Assembly (NCBI GenBank): GCA_046483985.1 | Contig: JAWOCD010000080.1 | Span: 1 to 64,000, forward strand | Source of the DNA: Promethearchaeia archaeon | GTDB taxonomy: Archaea > Asgardarchaeota > Lokiarchaeia > Sigyniarchaeales > SOKP01 | Length of the DNA stretch: 64,000 nucleotides | Reading direction: 5' to 3' | Shown: positions 18,524 through 27,308 of the stretch, one piece after another | Numbering within the stretch: the first letter of the stretch is position 1 | Layout: the number at the start of each line of letters is the position of its first letter | The notes under the pieces: model-generated | Databases searched by the model: none | What the model was told of the DNA's origin: nothing | What the model saw: only the letters and a program-made list of their open reading frames with translations | Translations under genes and position numbers: made by a program

Positions 18524-19840
18524 TTGAACACTATAGTTAGCTTATCTTGGTTTCATAGAAAAGTAGGACCAGTGGTATATTTCTCGTATCCGGAACAATT
18601 ATTAAGCGAAGATTTATCTATGAGAATAGCCAATATAATGGACCAAGCAGTTAATGAAGGCCCGTTTACTCATTCATTTGAAAATCTAATCTCAATGAAC
18701 TATTATTTTGAGATATTTTCAAAATTCGCACGGGGTCAAAAAGAGATGCTGCTTCTTACAGTAATCAAGCCGAGTAGCGATATAAATGCCGCTATGGAGA
18801 AAAAGATATTAAATCTCTGTAAAGAGTTTTCCAAGCGGTTAAAAGCTAACGAAGAGATCTATACCGCATTCTACATCAACGATATCAGTAACTATAGTGA
18901 AAAGATACAAGAGAAGATAATTAAAAACGATTCGATGATTAAATTATTAGTCAAAGAATTCTATTGGGAAATCGTTGAAGAGACAAGAGAGAAGACCGAG
19001 GAGGAGAAGATCGCTGAACTAATGAATCAAAAACATATATTTCTTACTTTAGAGAAGCTATCTAATGGTCCAATGAAATTAGAGGGTCTTAAAGAGTGGT
19101 TTGGGAATCATTTTCCAGATAAAGATTTTGAGAAAACAAAAGACACTTTAGTTGAGAAACAGTTCATCTTCATAAATGAAATCGGAAGAGTTCAAAAGTA
19201 TGTACTCCTATTAAAAGAAGTCAATGCTGAAAGAATTCCTCCTGACAGTGTTATTGAATATATTGATGATAAACCGGAATTAATAGAACTGCTTTTACCA
19301 AAAGTTCAAGAATATTTTAGTCAGTATGTAAACAAAGAAGAGGCAGATTTAAAAAAAGATGCCTTCACTCTTTTTCAAATAATGGCTGATTCAAAAAAAT
19401 ACAACGTACTTTCAGAGTTGAGAAATGATATCATTCTCCGAAATAAATTGCCAAAATTAGTATCAAAATCAACTTTAGAAAGCCTTATTGAAAATATAAA
19501 ATTTCTGAAGAAAAAAGATATCATAGAAGAATTAAGTGTAAACGAAGAAACATACGTGGTCTTAAAAACTAACATAAGAATTACTACTTCATTCCCACAA
19601 TATTTAAGAAAATTATTACCAGAAGATTCCTATTACGGAGAATCGAAGCATGTCATCGCAGATAAATACTCTCCGATCATAACGAAATTGGAAAGGCGAA
19701 GAAAGGAAGTGGCAAATATTTTTAAGGACGTCCGAGATAAGGAGCCAATCTCTTTGCCTGAATCACAGGACAAGATATCCTCATTTTTAGAAGATTTATC
19801 ATCTAATTCAAAAAAAAAAACTAAACAAAAAAATAAATAA
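18524..19840 (+). CDS. uDENN/longin-domain protein (folliculin/NPRL2-like) with two winged-helix-like C-terminal domains
   Basis: WFHRKVGPVVYFSYP and FEIFSKFARG motifs; two wHTH-like repeats; TTG start. Confidence 0.7.
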   Translation: MNTIVSLSWFHRKVGPVVYFSYPEQLLSEDLSMRIANIMDQAVNEGPFTHSFENLISMNYYFEIFSKFARGQKEMLLLTVIKPSSDINAAMEKKILNLCKEFSKRLKANEEIYTAFYINDISNYSEKIQEKIIKNDSMIKLLVKEFYWEIVEETREKTEEEKIAELMNQKHIFLTLEKLSNGPMKLEGLKEWFGNHFPDKDFEKTKDTLVEKQFIFINEIGRVQKYVLLLKEVNAERIPPDSVIEYIDDKPELIELLLPKVQEYFSQYVNKEEADLKKDAFTLFQIMADSKKYNVLSELRNDIILRNKLPKLVSKSTLESLIENIKFLKKKDIIEELSVNEETYVVLKTNIRITTSFPQYLRKLLPEDSYYGESKHVIADKYSPIITKLERRRKEVANIFKDVRDKEPISLPESQDKISSFLEDLSSNSKKKTKQKNK

Positions 19841-19864
19841 TTTTCGAGGAAAATTAAATTTATC

Positions 19865-20950
19865 ATGATTAAAAGCATTTTTATTGTTGATAAACAAAAT
19901 AATACACTAATTTTTCTTGGGATATTAGCTAAGGATTTATCGGTTGAGAAGCTTGATCTATCAGAGATTTTGGGAGATATCGTAAGCCAAACGAAGAATA
20001 TGGGACAAAATTCATTTGACTCTATTGATATAAAGGAACGATCCTATGTATTTGGCAATTTTAACCGATTACTCATTATTGCTCAATATCAAGAACTGGA
20101 TGATTCAATAAAGCAAATTCTTGAAAAAATTAAGGAAGAGTTTTTATTGCGATATTCGAATTTATTAAAGGATTATACAAATGACGACATACCCCGATTT
20201 AAGACGTTTATTAGCAATGTTAAAGAAATAATAAAGAATACATCTCAAACACAGTCTGCAAAAAGGTCTAACCGCTCAGAACAAACTGAAAGTCAATCTA
20301 AACAAGAAGACTCCATAGCTGAGGTGCCTCAAAGAGAATTGACTTCAGAAAATATAGGTGATGAATCCTTAATTGAACCTATGAAGAGAGAGGGATATCC
20401 CGAAGGCATTCCAGATTATAAACGAGACGAAGTACTATGGGAAGAATCCCAAATGGTGAAAAATGAATACGTTGCAGAGTTTGTAGAAGGAATGGTCTTT
20501 CATTTAAAAGTATTTTTAAGCATTTCCTTAACGCATCATTATACGGTTTTTATAGAATTTTCAGAATATCCTAAAAAGCCAAAACTCGAAATTAGTGACC
20601 TCTTAGAGGAGGAATTAGGGAAGGATTTAGATGAGTTATTATACATTTATAGAAATTGGGATGCTAAGGTCCCTCCCCATATAATTGAGGTAGTAAGGGA
20701 ATTAGAAGCAGTACTAATGAAATTTAAAGCATGGGGGAAGTTATCAGATACTAATCCGACGCCGGAATCTGCCTTGCCCGAACTTGAGCCTCTTCCTGAT
20801 TTACCGCCTCTTGAAGAGGAGGAACAAGAAGAAGAAATAGAAGAGGAAACACAGAGTGAAGAGAAAAGTCACGAGGGATCTTTAACTGATAAAGAACGTC
20901 CTAAAGCTAGAAACAGACAGAAGAAGAATGCAGAAAAAGAAAAAAAATGA
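19865..20950 (+). CDS. Longin-domain protein with a C-terminal UEV/RWD-like domain
   Basis: MIKSIFIVDK...longin-like N-terminus. The segment FSEYPKKP...RNWD...HIIEVVRELE resembles the UBC-like fold and has no Cys. Acidic tail. Confidence 0.6.
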   Translation: MIKSIFIVDKQNNTLIFLGILAKDLSVEKLDLSEILGDIVSQTKNMGQNSFDSIDIKERSYVFGNFNRLLIIAQYQELDDSIKQILEKIKEEFLLRYSNLLKDYTNDDIPRFKTFISNVKEIIKNTSQTQSAKRSNRSEQTESQSKQEDSIAEVPQRELTSENIGDESLIEPMKREGYPEGIPDYKRDEVLWEESQMVKNEYVAEFVEGMVFHLKVFLSISLTHHYTVFIEFSEYPKKPKLEISDLLEEELGKDLDELLYIYRNWDAKVPPHIIEVVRELEAVLMKFKAWGKLSDTNPTPESALPELEPLPDLPPLEEEEQEEEIEEETQSEEKSHEGSLTDKERPKARNRQKKNAEKEKK

Positions 20951-21197
20951 ATCTTTAGAGGATTTAAAGTATATCCTTGGAAATATGGGTGTTGAGATCT
21001 TTCGGGCGATAGATAAAGGAGCGACAAGTATAAAAACAATAAACTTATTCTCGGGAGTCTCACTCAGATGTATTAGGGGACGATTGCCCGTGCTCTTAGA
21101 TCTAAAATTGATTAAGAAAAGAAATAAAAAATATTTCATTTCGAAAAAGGGAAGAAAGTTTAGAGATAAAATCAATAAAAAGAGGAATAAATGTTAA
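20928..21197 (+). CDS. Small winged-helix protein
   Basis: HTH-wing pattern (SGVS...IRGRLPVLLDLKLI...KYFISKKG); overlaps the end of the upstream gene. Confidence 0.65.
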   Translation: MQKKKKNESLEDLKYILGNMGVEIFRAIDKGATSIKTINLFSGVSLRCIRGRLPVLLDLKLIKKRNKKYFISKKGRKFRDKINKKRNKC

Positions 21198-21200
21198 GAT

Positions 21201-21293
21201 AATTGAAACATTTCAGTCTGGGGCGACATGATCATCGCTACGAGTAAATAGCTCGATTGTCATTGTCAGAGTTTCATCATCAACGTTCCAATT
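21201..21293 (-). ncRNA. Box C/D methylation guide RNA, predicted target LSU rRNA P-loop G2251 (E. coli numbering)
   Basis: 12-bp terminal stem AAUUGGAACGUU/AAUGUUUCAAUU, box C AUGAUGA (21280-21274), box D CUGA (21216-21213) and a C'-like CGAUGA. The D guide CAUGUCGCCCCAG is antisense to CUGGGGCGGCA. Confidence 0.85.
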
Positions 21294-21308
21294 ACGCTTG
21301 AAACCAAA

Positions 21309-21833
21309 TTATTCTTCTGGGGATTCTTTAGTTTTTTTCCCCTTGTTGTAATATTTACGAATATAATATCCTGGTTTTTTAAATCCACCACTTTCCTCAA
21401 TATACCGTTTAAGCCCTCCCTTTGTGCTTATTTTCTTTAAAATTTTCTTGTGTTGGGTTTTAGAAATCTCTTCCCTTTTGAGGAGATAATCTAAAATTTC
21501 AATTGCCTCACCTTTTGTCTTGCATCTTCTTAAAAAGTCCGTTACTCCGGGATTAACTAGCTCATCAGGAGGGTCACTACTTTTGTTTTCTTGTTTTCGT
21601 TTTTGTTTTTCTTTTTCTTTTTTTTTCTCTTCTTCGACTTCCAAATCGATGCCCTCTATTTTAAGGGATCTTTTACCTCGAGCGATCTCCTTGCTCAAAG
21701 AAGGAAAAAATTTCTCAAATTCATCCTTATCATACCCTATACTTAACCCATTATCTTTGTTAATTTTGGGTTTTTTAAATTGATTTTTTCCTTCTTTCTC
21801 GTTGGGGTTCATATTCTTTGATGATTTACTCAT
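21309..21833 (-). CDS. DUF2095-family protein
   Basis: FEKFFPSL..EI and P.V.DFLRRC.T..EA.EILDYL..REEIS, with a C-terminal K.PGYY. Confidence 0.8.
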   Translation of the reverse strand: MSKSSKNMNPNEKEGKNQFKKPKINKDNGLSIGYDKDEFEKFFPSLSKEIARGKRSLKIEGIDLEVEEEKKKEKEKQKRKQENKSSDPPDELVNPGVTDFLRRCKTKGEAIEILDYLLKREEISKTQHKKILKKISTKGGLKRYIEESGGFKKPGYYIRKYYNKGKKTKESPEE

Positions 21834-21913
21834 TCAAATAAATCTATAAACGTTCGGATACTATGATAATTATAATTCTTATAACTTGATAAAATTTTGG
21901 TTTAGATTTTAAA

Positions 21914-22840
21914 ATGAAGGTTTTAATTGCAAATAAAGTGCATAAAAAAGGAATCAACTTACTCAGAGATAATGGGTTTCAAGTAGAGCAAGACTATTCA
22001 TTGTCTCCTTCTGAATTAAAAGAGAACATCGGAGAGTACGATGGAATAGTAATCCGCTCTGGCACTAAGTTAACCGCAGATGTATTGGAACAAGCAGATA
22101 AGCTGAAGATCGTCGGAAGAGCCGGGGTGGGGTTAGACAATGTAGATTTGAAAAAGGCAGAAGAATTAAACATTAAAGTTGTCAATACTCCAGAAGCTCC
22201 CTCTGTTTCAGTCGCTGAATTGACTCTGGGACTCATGATAGGTATAGCAAGACATATCTCGAGGGCCGATGAAACTATGCATTGTGGGGACTGGTTCAAG
22301 AGCGATTATGTAGGTTTTACATTAAAAGATAAAAAGGTGGGCATAATTGGATTTGGAAATATCGGCCAAGAAGTTGCCCTCAGATGTCATGCATTTGGGA
22401 TGGAGGTGGGGATATATGATGTAGATGAAACGGTGAAACAAAAAGCGAGAGAGCTTGATTATCATATATACTCCTCGGTTGATGAACTCGTTAAAGAGGT
22501 AAAGTTTGTTAGCTTACATATCCCAGCCACTGTGCATACGGAAAATACTATAAATCAGAGACGAATAGATTTAATGAGAGAAGATGCAATTATAATTAAT
22601 ACTGCTCGTGGTAATTTAATCGATGAAGATGTTTTAATCGATGCCTTAAAAAATGAACGGATCGGAGGAGCCGCCCTTGATGTTTATAGGCAAGAGCCAT
22701 TAGGATACTCAGAATTCTGCGAATGTACCCATAACTTAATATTAACACCTCACATAGGATCTCAAACAAGTGAAACACAAGTTCAAGCGAGTGTTATGGC
22801 TGCAAAACAAATAATTGACTTTTTGAAAAAACAAAAATAA
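21914..22840 (+). CDS. serA: D-3-phosphoglycerate dehydrogenase / D-2-hydroxyacid dehydrogenase
   Basis: RAGVGLDNVD, GFGNIG, INTARG, LDVY..EP and TPHIG motifs; no regulatory ACT domain. Confidence 0.85.
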   Translation: MKVLIANKVHKKGINLLRDNGFQVEQDYSLSPSELKENIGEYDGIVIRSGTKLTADVLEQADKLKIVGRAGVGLDNVDLKKAEELNIKVVNTPEAPSVSVAELTLGLMIGIARHISRADETMHCGDWFKSDYVGFTLKDKKVGIIGFGNIGQEVALRCHAFGMEVGIYDVDETVKQKARELDYHIYSSVDELVKEVKFVSLHIPATVHTENTINQRRIDLMREDAIIINTARGNLIDEDVLIDALKNERIGGAALDVYRQEPLGYSEFCECTHNLILTPHIGSQTSETQVQASVMAAKQIIDFLKKQK

Positions 22841-22891
22841 AAAAGTTATGCTTCTTTTACCTTTGTAATTATCTTAACATAAAAAAACTGA

Positions 22892-23482
22892 GTGAAAATG
22901 AAGTCTGGCTATAAACACATAAAGGAAACGTTTGAAAAGCACGAAAAGGGTTTTAAAACCCCTCACTGGTATCGGGGCATAGAATATAGGAAAGGCAAAT
23001 CAATTGAACGTATTGAGAACCCCACAAAATTACACCGTGCCCGAGAATTAGGGTATAAAGCCAAACAAGGATATATTATTGTACGAGCGCGAATTCGGAA
23101 AGGCGGAATGAATAAAAAAAGACCAAGAAGAGGGAGAAAACCAAGAGCATTAGGCGTTACCCGTTATACTACGGGGAAAAACCTCCAATGGATTGCGGAG
23201 GAACGAGCCAATAAAAAATATCCCAATTTAGAAGTACTTAACTCTTATAAGGTCTATAAGGACGGAACCCATTGGTATTATGAGATTATATTAGTAGACC
23301 CCCATCATCCTGTGATCAAGGCAGATCCTAAAATAAATTGGATCTGTGATCCTAGTCAAAGAAAGCGCGTCTTACGAGGAAAAACATCAGCAGCAAAAAG
23401 AGCCAGAGGTTTACGAGAGAAAGGATGGGGTTCCGAGAAAACTCGGGGCAAAAGCAGCGCGAAAAAGAAACAAAGAAAATAA
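22892..23482 (+). CDS. rpl15e: 50S ribosomal protein L15e
   Basis: [25 protein letters not shown] and EIILVDP..P.I..D..INWIC. Confidence 0.97.
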   Translation: MKMKSGYKHIKETFEKHEKGFKTPHWYRGIEYRKGKSIERIENPTKLHRARELGYKAKQGYIIVRARIRKGGMNKKRPRRGRKPRALGVTRYTTGKNLQWIAEERANKKYPNLEVLNSYKVYKDGTHWYYEIILVDPHHPVIKADPKINWICDPSQRKRVLRGKTSAAKRARGLREKGWGSEKTRGKSSAKKKQRK

Positions 23483-23617
23483 CTCATCTTTTCATTCTAA
23501 TTTTCCAAAGACATTTTCTTATATAATCGCGATTATTTTATTATTTGTTTGTATGTTTATTTGTATGCATTCTATTTCTCCTTTTAAAACAATTTCATTT
23601 ATTTTAAATCTAATATT

Positions 23618-25120
23618 TTGATAATCTTAGTACAATTACATATAATTTTAAAAAAGATGAAAGAAAACAATTTTAACCCGAAAATTTTAGACAAAGACGA
23701 ACTCACTAACATCAGCAAAGACGTCAGTACAGACGAAATCAAAGAATTCGATGATCATTGTCTTCAAGGTCACTATGAAGAGAAGGCGCTAATAAGGGCA
23801 AAAAAACCTGGTTCGCCGTGGGTTGTTGTAAAAGATATTAATACAGGAGAAGAAGGAGAAATAATCGATGCTACCTCCCAAAATTGGACCTTAGCGTTAG
23901 GATTTGCTAATTCAGATATAAATTATGCCGTCACAGAACAAATGAAAAGATTAACACATATCAAATCAAGTGTAGTTTCCCCGGCACGAGTAAAGTTCTG
24001 CAATAAATTAGCTAAACTTGCTCCCGGGAAGCTAAAAGATGGGCGGGTGGATTTAAACAATGAAGGGGGAAGCTTAGCAATAGAAACAGCCATCAAACTT
24101 GCCATGATTGATTCAAGAAACGGAAATCATTTTTTGACTTTTCGAGGTGGATACCATGGAAATACATTAACAACCTTATCTGTGAGTCAACCCATTCATA
24201 CAATAACCCGATATCCTTCATTCGGAAAGGAGTTCTTTACAAAAGTACCTCAACCGTATTGCTATCGATGTCTCTGGAATTACAACAAAGGTTTCTATGG
24301 AAAACGCGATCCAGATTGTAATTTAGAGTGCTTTGACTTAGTGGAAGAATATCTCATGGGTTTGACACCCGAACCTCTTGCTGGAGTGATTCTTGAGCCT
24401 TGGCAGGCTGCTGGAGGGCATATTCCCTTTCCGCCAGACTTTTTATTGAAGTTAAAGAAGAAATGTAAAGAAGAGAGAATCTCTCTTATTTACGATGAGA
24501 GCCAAACATGCATGTGGAGAACTGGACGATATTTTACATTAACTGGAAAATATAAAAAAGAACTGGGAAAAGATGTATCTCCGGATATGATGTGTTTTAC
24601 AAAAGCTATAGGAGGAGGATTTCCGTTAGGAGCAATGATTGCTTCAAAGAAAATCAGAAAAAGGTTTACTCCTTCTGAAAGTCATACTACCTTTTGTAAT
24701 ACACCCATTGGATGTACTGCTGGTCTCACTGCAATGGAAGCGATAGAAAAAGCTGAGATTGGAGAGAATTGCGAAGAAAGGGGGGAACAAATCACAAAAC
24801 GCCTAAAAGAGCTTCAAGAAGACTATGAAGTAATCGGTGATATTCGGGGTCCTGGACTTTTTATTGGTATTGAATTAGTAAAAGATAAAGAAAGTAAAGA
24901 ACCCTTTACTGATTTATTAGAAGAAATGCTGCTTGAAGGAATTCGGCAAAATATTATGCTTGGACCGAGTATGCCATATATAAGCGGAAGAGGGAAAATA
25001 CTGAAGCGTAATTTAATCAAAATTAAGCCCCCACTCAATATTTCGGAAGAGCAAGCCGATATTATCTTAGAAAAGTTTGAAAGTGTCTTAAAAACCTCCT
25101 TGAAGAATGTAAAAGAATAA
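23618..25120 (+). CDS. Class III PLP-dependent aminotransferase; probable start ATG 23657
   Basis: GYHG, ILEP.Q..GG, DESQT, PLP lysine in FTKAIGGG, DIRGPGLFIGIELV. Confidence 0.92.
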   Translation: MIILVQLHIILKKMKENNFNPKILDKDELTNISKDVSTDEIKEFDDHCLQGHYEEKALIRAKKPGSPWVVVKDINTGEEGEIIDATSQNWTLALGFANSDINYAVTEQMKRLTHIKSSVVSPARVKFCNKLAKLAPGKLKDGRVDLNNEGGSLAIETAIKLAMIDSRNGNHFLTFRGGYHGNTLTTLSVSQPIHTITRYPSFGKEFFTKVPQPYCYRCLWNYNKGFYGKRDPDCNLECFDLVEEYLMGLTPEPLAGVILEPWQAAGGHIPFPPDFLLKLKKKCKEERISLIYDESQTCMWRTGRYFTLTGKYKKELGKDVSPDMMCFTKAIGGGFPLGAMIASKKIRKRFTPSESHTTFCNTPIGCTAGLTAMEAIEKAEIGENCEERGEQITKRLKELQEDYEVIGDIRGPGLFIGIELVKDKESKEPFTDLLEEMLLEGIRQNIMLGPSMPYISGRGKILKRNLIKIKPPLNISEEQADIILEKFESVLKTSLKNVKE

Positions 25121-25140
25121 TTTTAAGAGGGAAACAATAA

Positions 25141-26412
25141 ATGTCGAGAGAAGAACCATTAGCCGATTATGCGTATAATTTTATTAAAGACCTATGTCAG
25201 AAATTTGGACCGAGATATTCAAGCTCTCAAGCAGAACGGAACGCTAATGAATGGATCAAGGAGGAACTCTCCAACTATTCCGATGAGGTAAATTTAGAAG
25301 AGTTCGAAACAAACCCAAATTTATATCCGCAAGGAGTTTTTAAAGTCACAGGACTTCTCACTGGTATTTCGTGGATTTTTATGCCTCTTGCTTTTCCGTT
25401 TCCACTCCTTTCTGGTATTTTAATATTTTTAGGGATTTTTGTATTAGTTACCGAATTAATGATGTTAAAACGTTGGATCAGTCCCTTTTTTAGAAAGGGG
25501 GTATCTTCAAATGTGTGGGCTCGGATTAAACCGAAAAATCAAGTTAAATTCAGAATAATATTTGAAGGGCATACTGATTCTGCAAAAATGATGAGAGCCG
25601 TAAATGAAAATGCCGATCCTCCGGTGCTTTTACTAATTTTTGGATTTGTATATATTTTCTATACTCTCATTATGTCAATAGTTAAAACAATCGCACAGAT
25701 TCTCGGAGGAAGCTCTATAATTTTATATAGAGCGGGTCTTATCAATTGGACTATGCTTGATTGGATCTATTTCATTCCATGGATCATTTTATTTCCCTCT
25801 TTCCTTTATTTAATATACGGTGTTACCGGAAATAAGATTGTTGAAGGAGCAAATGACAATTTATCCGGAAGTGCAGTTTCTGCCGCGGTGGGAAAATATT
25901 TCTATGAAAATAAGCCCGAAAATGTGGAATTGATTGTGGGTTCAATGGGTTCGGAGGAGATTGGTGACCGGGGAGCAAAAGCGTTTGTGGATAAGCACGG
26001 GGATTTACTGGAAGACTCTTATGGATTCATCGTGGATTCAGCGGGTGGTGGAGATAAGATATATATTGTGGAAAGAGATATAATGCACTTAACAAAATAC
26101 AGCCCCGAAGTCGTACAGCGCATAGAGAAGGCATATAATTTATTTAAGGAGAAAAACCCAGATGTCACGGAATGTGAAAGAGGAGGGATTCAGTTGGGGT
26201 CTTCTGATGCATGTATGTACTCCAGAGCGGGATACCAAGCCTCTTTTATTGTTACTATCGGAGAAAAGCTAAAAAAGCCGCCGAATTGGCACAGTTTAAC
26301 AGATACATGGGAAGAAATCGATAAAAAGGTTCTAAATGATGTCATTGGGATCTGTTTAAAATTTGTAGAACTTGTTGATAAAGAAATGGAAGATCATGAA
26401 CCAATAGAATAA
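25141..26412 (+). CDS. Membrane-embedded M28 family metallopeptidase
   Basis: GHTDS, GANDNLSG, SEE and WHSLTD metal ligands; four TM segments. Confidence 0.88.
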   Translation: MSREEPLADYAYNFIKDLCQKFGPRYSSSQAERNANEWIKEELSNYSDEVNLEEFETNPNLYPQGVFKVTGLLTGISWIFMPLAFPFPLLSGILIFLGIFVLVTELMMLKRWISPFFRKGVSSNVWARIKPKNQVKFRIIFEGHTDSAKMMRAVNENADPPVLLLIFGFVYIFYTLIMSIVKTIAQILGGSSIILYRAGLINWTMLDWIYFIPWIILFPSFLYLIYGVTGNKIVEGANDNLSGSAVSAAVGKYFYENKPENVELIVGSMGSEEIGDRGAKAFVDKHGDLLEDSYGFIVDSAGGGDKIYIVERDIMHLTKYSPEVVQRIEKAYNLFKEKNPDVTECERGGIQLGSSDACMYSRAGYQASFIVTIGEKLKKPPNWHSLTDTWEEIDKKVLNDVIGICLKFVELVDKEMEDHEPIE

Positions 26413-26440
26413 AAATAAAATAAAATTTTTTCCTTTTTTC

Positions 26441-27250
26441 TTACATCTTATTAATTGACGTAGTCATTCCGCCATCTATGACTAAGTTGTGGCCGTTGAT
26501 ATAATCTGCTTTTGGAGAAGCCAAGAAGACCGCCATATCTGCTACTTCTTCGGATCTTCCTATCCGATCAATAGGAATTTTAACATTTCGCATATCTAAG
26601 AATTTCCTAATTAGGGACGGATCATTGTTATAGATCGGTGTTAAGAAGACTCCAGGGGAAATGGCATTAACGGTCATGTCATTGGGTCCGAGTTCTAAAG
26701 CCCATAATTTTGTAAATGCTATCACGGTTGCTTTACTTGCGCTATAAACCCCTATAAAGGGATTCAATCCGGCAGATGTTCCCGATGTGGATGCTATATT
26801 GATTACCTTGGCCCTTACGGGTTCAAATTGCTTTTGCCTTTTCATTTTGCGGAAGAAAGTTTTAGTCATATTCCAAGTGCCCTTTACATTTACACCCATT
26901 ACATCGTCGAATAAATCTTCTTTAGACTTGAGAGATGTGTAAAGTCCACCATCAATGCCGGCATTATTTACCAGCAAAAACACATTATTAAATTTTTCAA
27001 ATACCTTTTCCTTCATTTCCTCTACTTGTTCTAAATCGGTAATGTCTGCCACCGCCAAAAGGACTTCAGAATCGTATTTATCAAGAACTAATTGTTTAGT
27101 TTCCTTTAAACTTTCCTCATCAATATCATTTAGGACTAAATCTGCACCCAGCTCTGCATAGGCAAGAGCCATTTTCGTTCCAAAGCCTCCACCTGCTCCC
27201 GTTATTAAAGCCACCTTTCCTTCTAAAAACTTTTCAGTAATTTTTTTCAC
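26441..27250 (-). CDS. Short-chain dehydrogenase/reductase
   Basis: TGAGGGFG, NNAG, YSASK and VNAISPG. Confidence 0.95.
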   Translation of the reverse strand: MKKITEKFLEGKVALITGAGGGFGTKMALAYAELGADLVLNDIDEESLKETKQLVLDKYDSEVLLAVADITDLEQVEEMKEKVFEKFNNVFLLVNNAGIDGGLYTSLKSKEDLFDDVMGVNVKGTWNMTKTFFRKMKRQKQFEPVRAKVINIASTSGTSAGLNPFIGVYSASKATVIAFTKLWALELGPNDMTVNAISPGVFLTPIYNNDPSLIRKFLDMRNVKIPIDRIGRSEEVADMAVFLASPKADYINGHNLVIDGGMTTSINKM

Positions 27251-27308
27251 CTCATTTTGGAAAAATTAATATAATAAAAAAATAAAAAAATTCTTGAATT
27301 TTTTCGTA

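Noticed and set aside
23346-23621. 91-aa ORF overlapping the rpl15e 3' end
   Set aside because: Runs through the T-rich terminator region; low-complexity hydrophobic translation.
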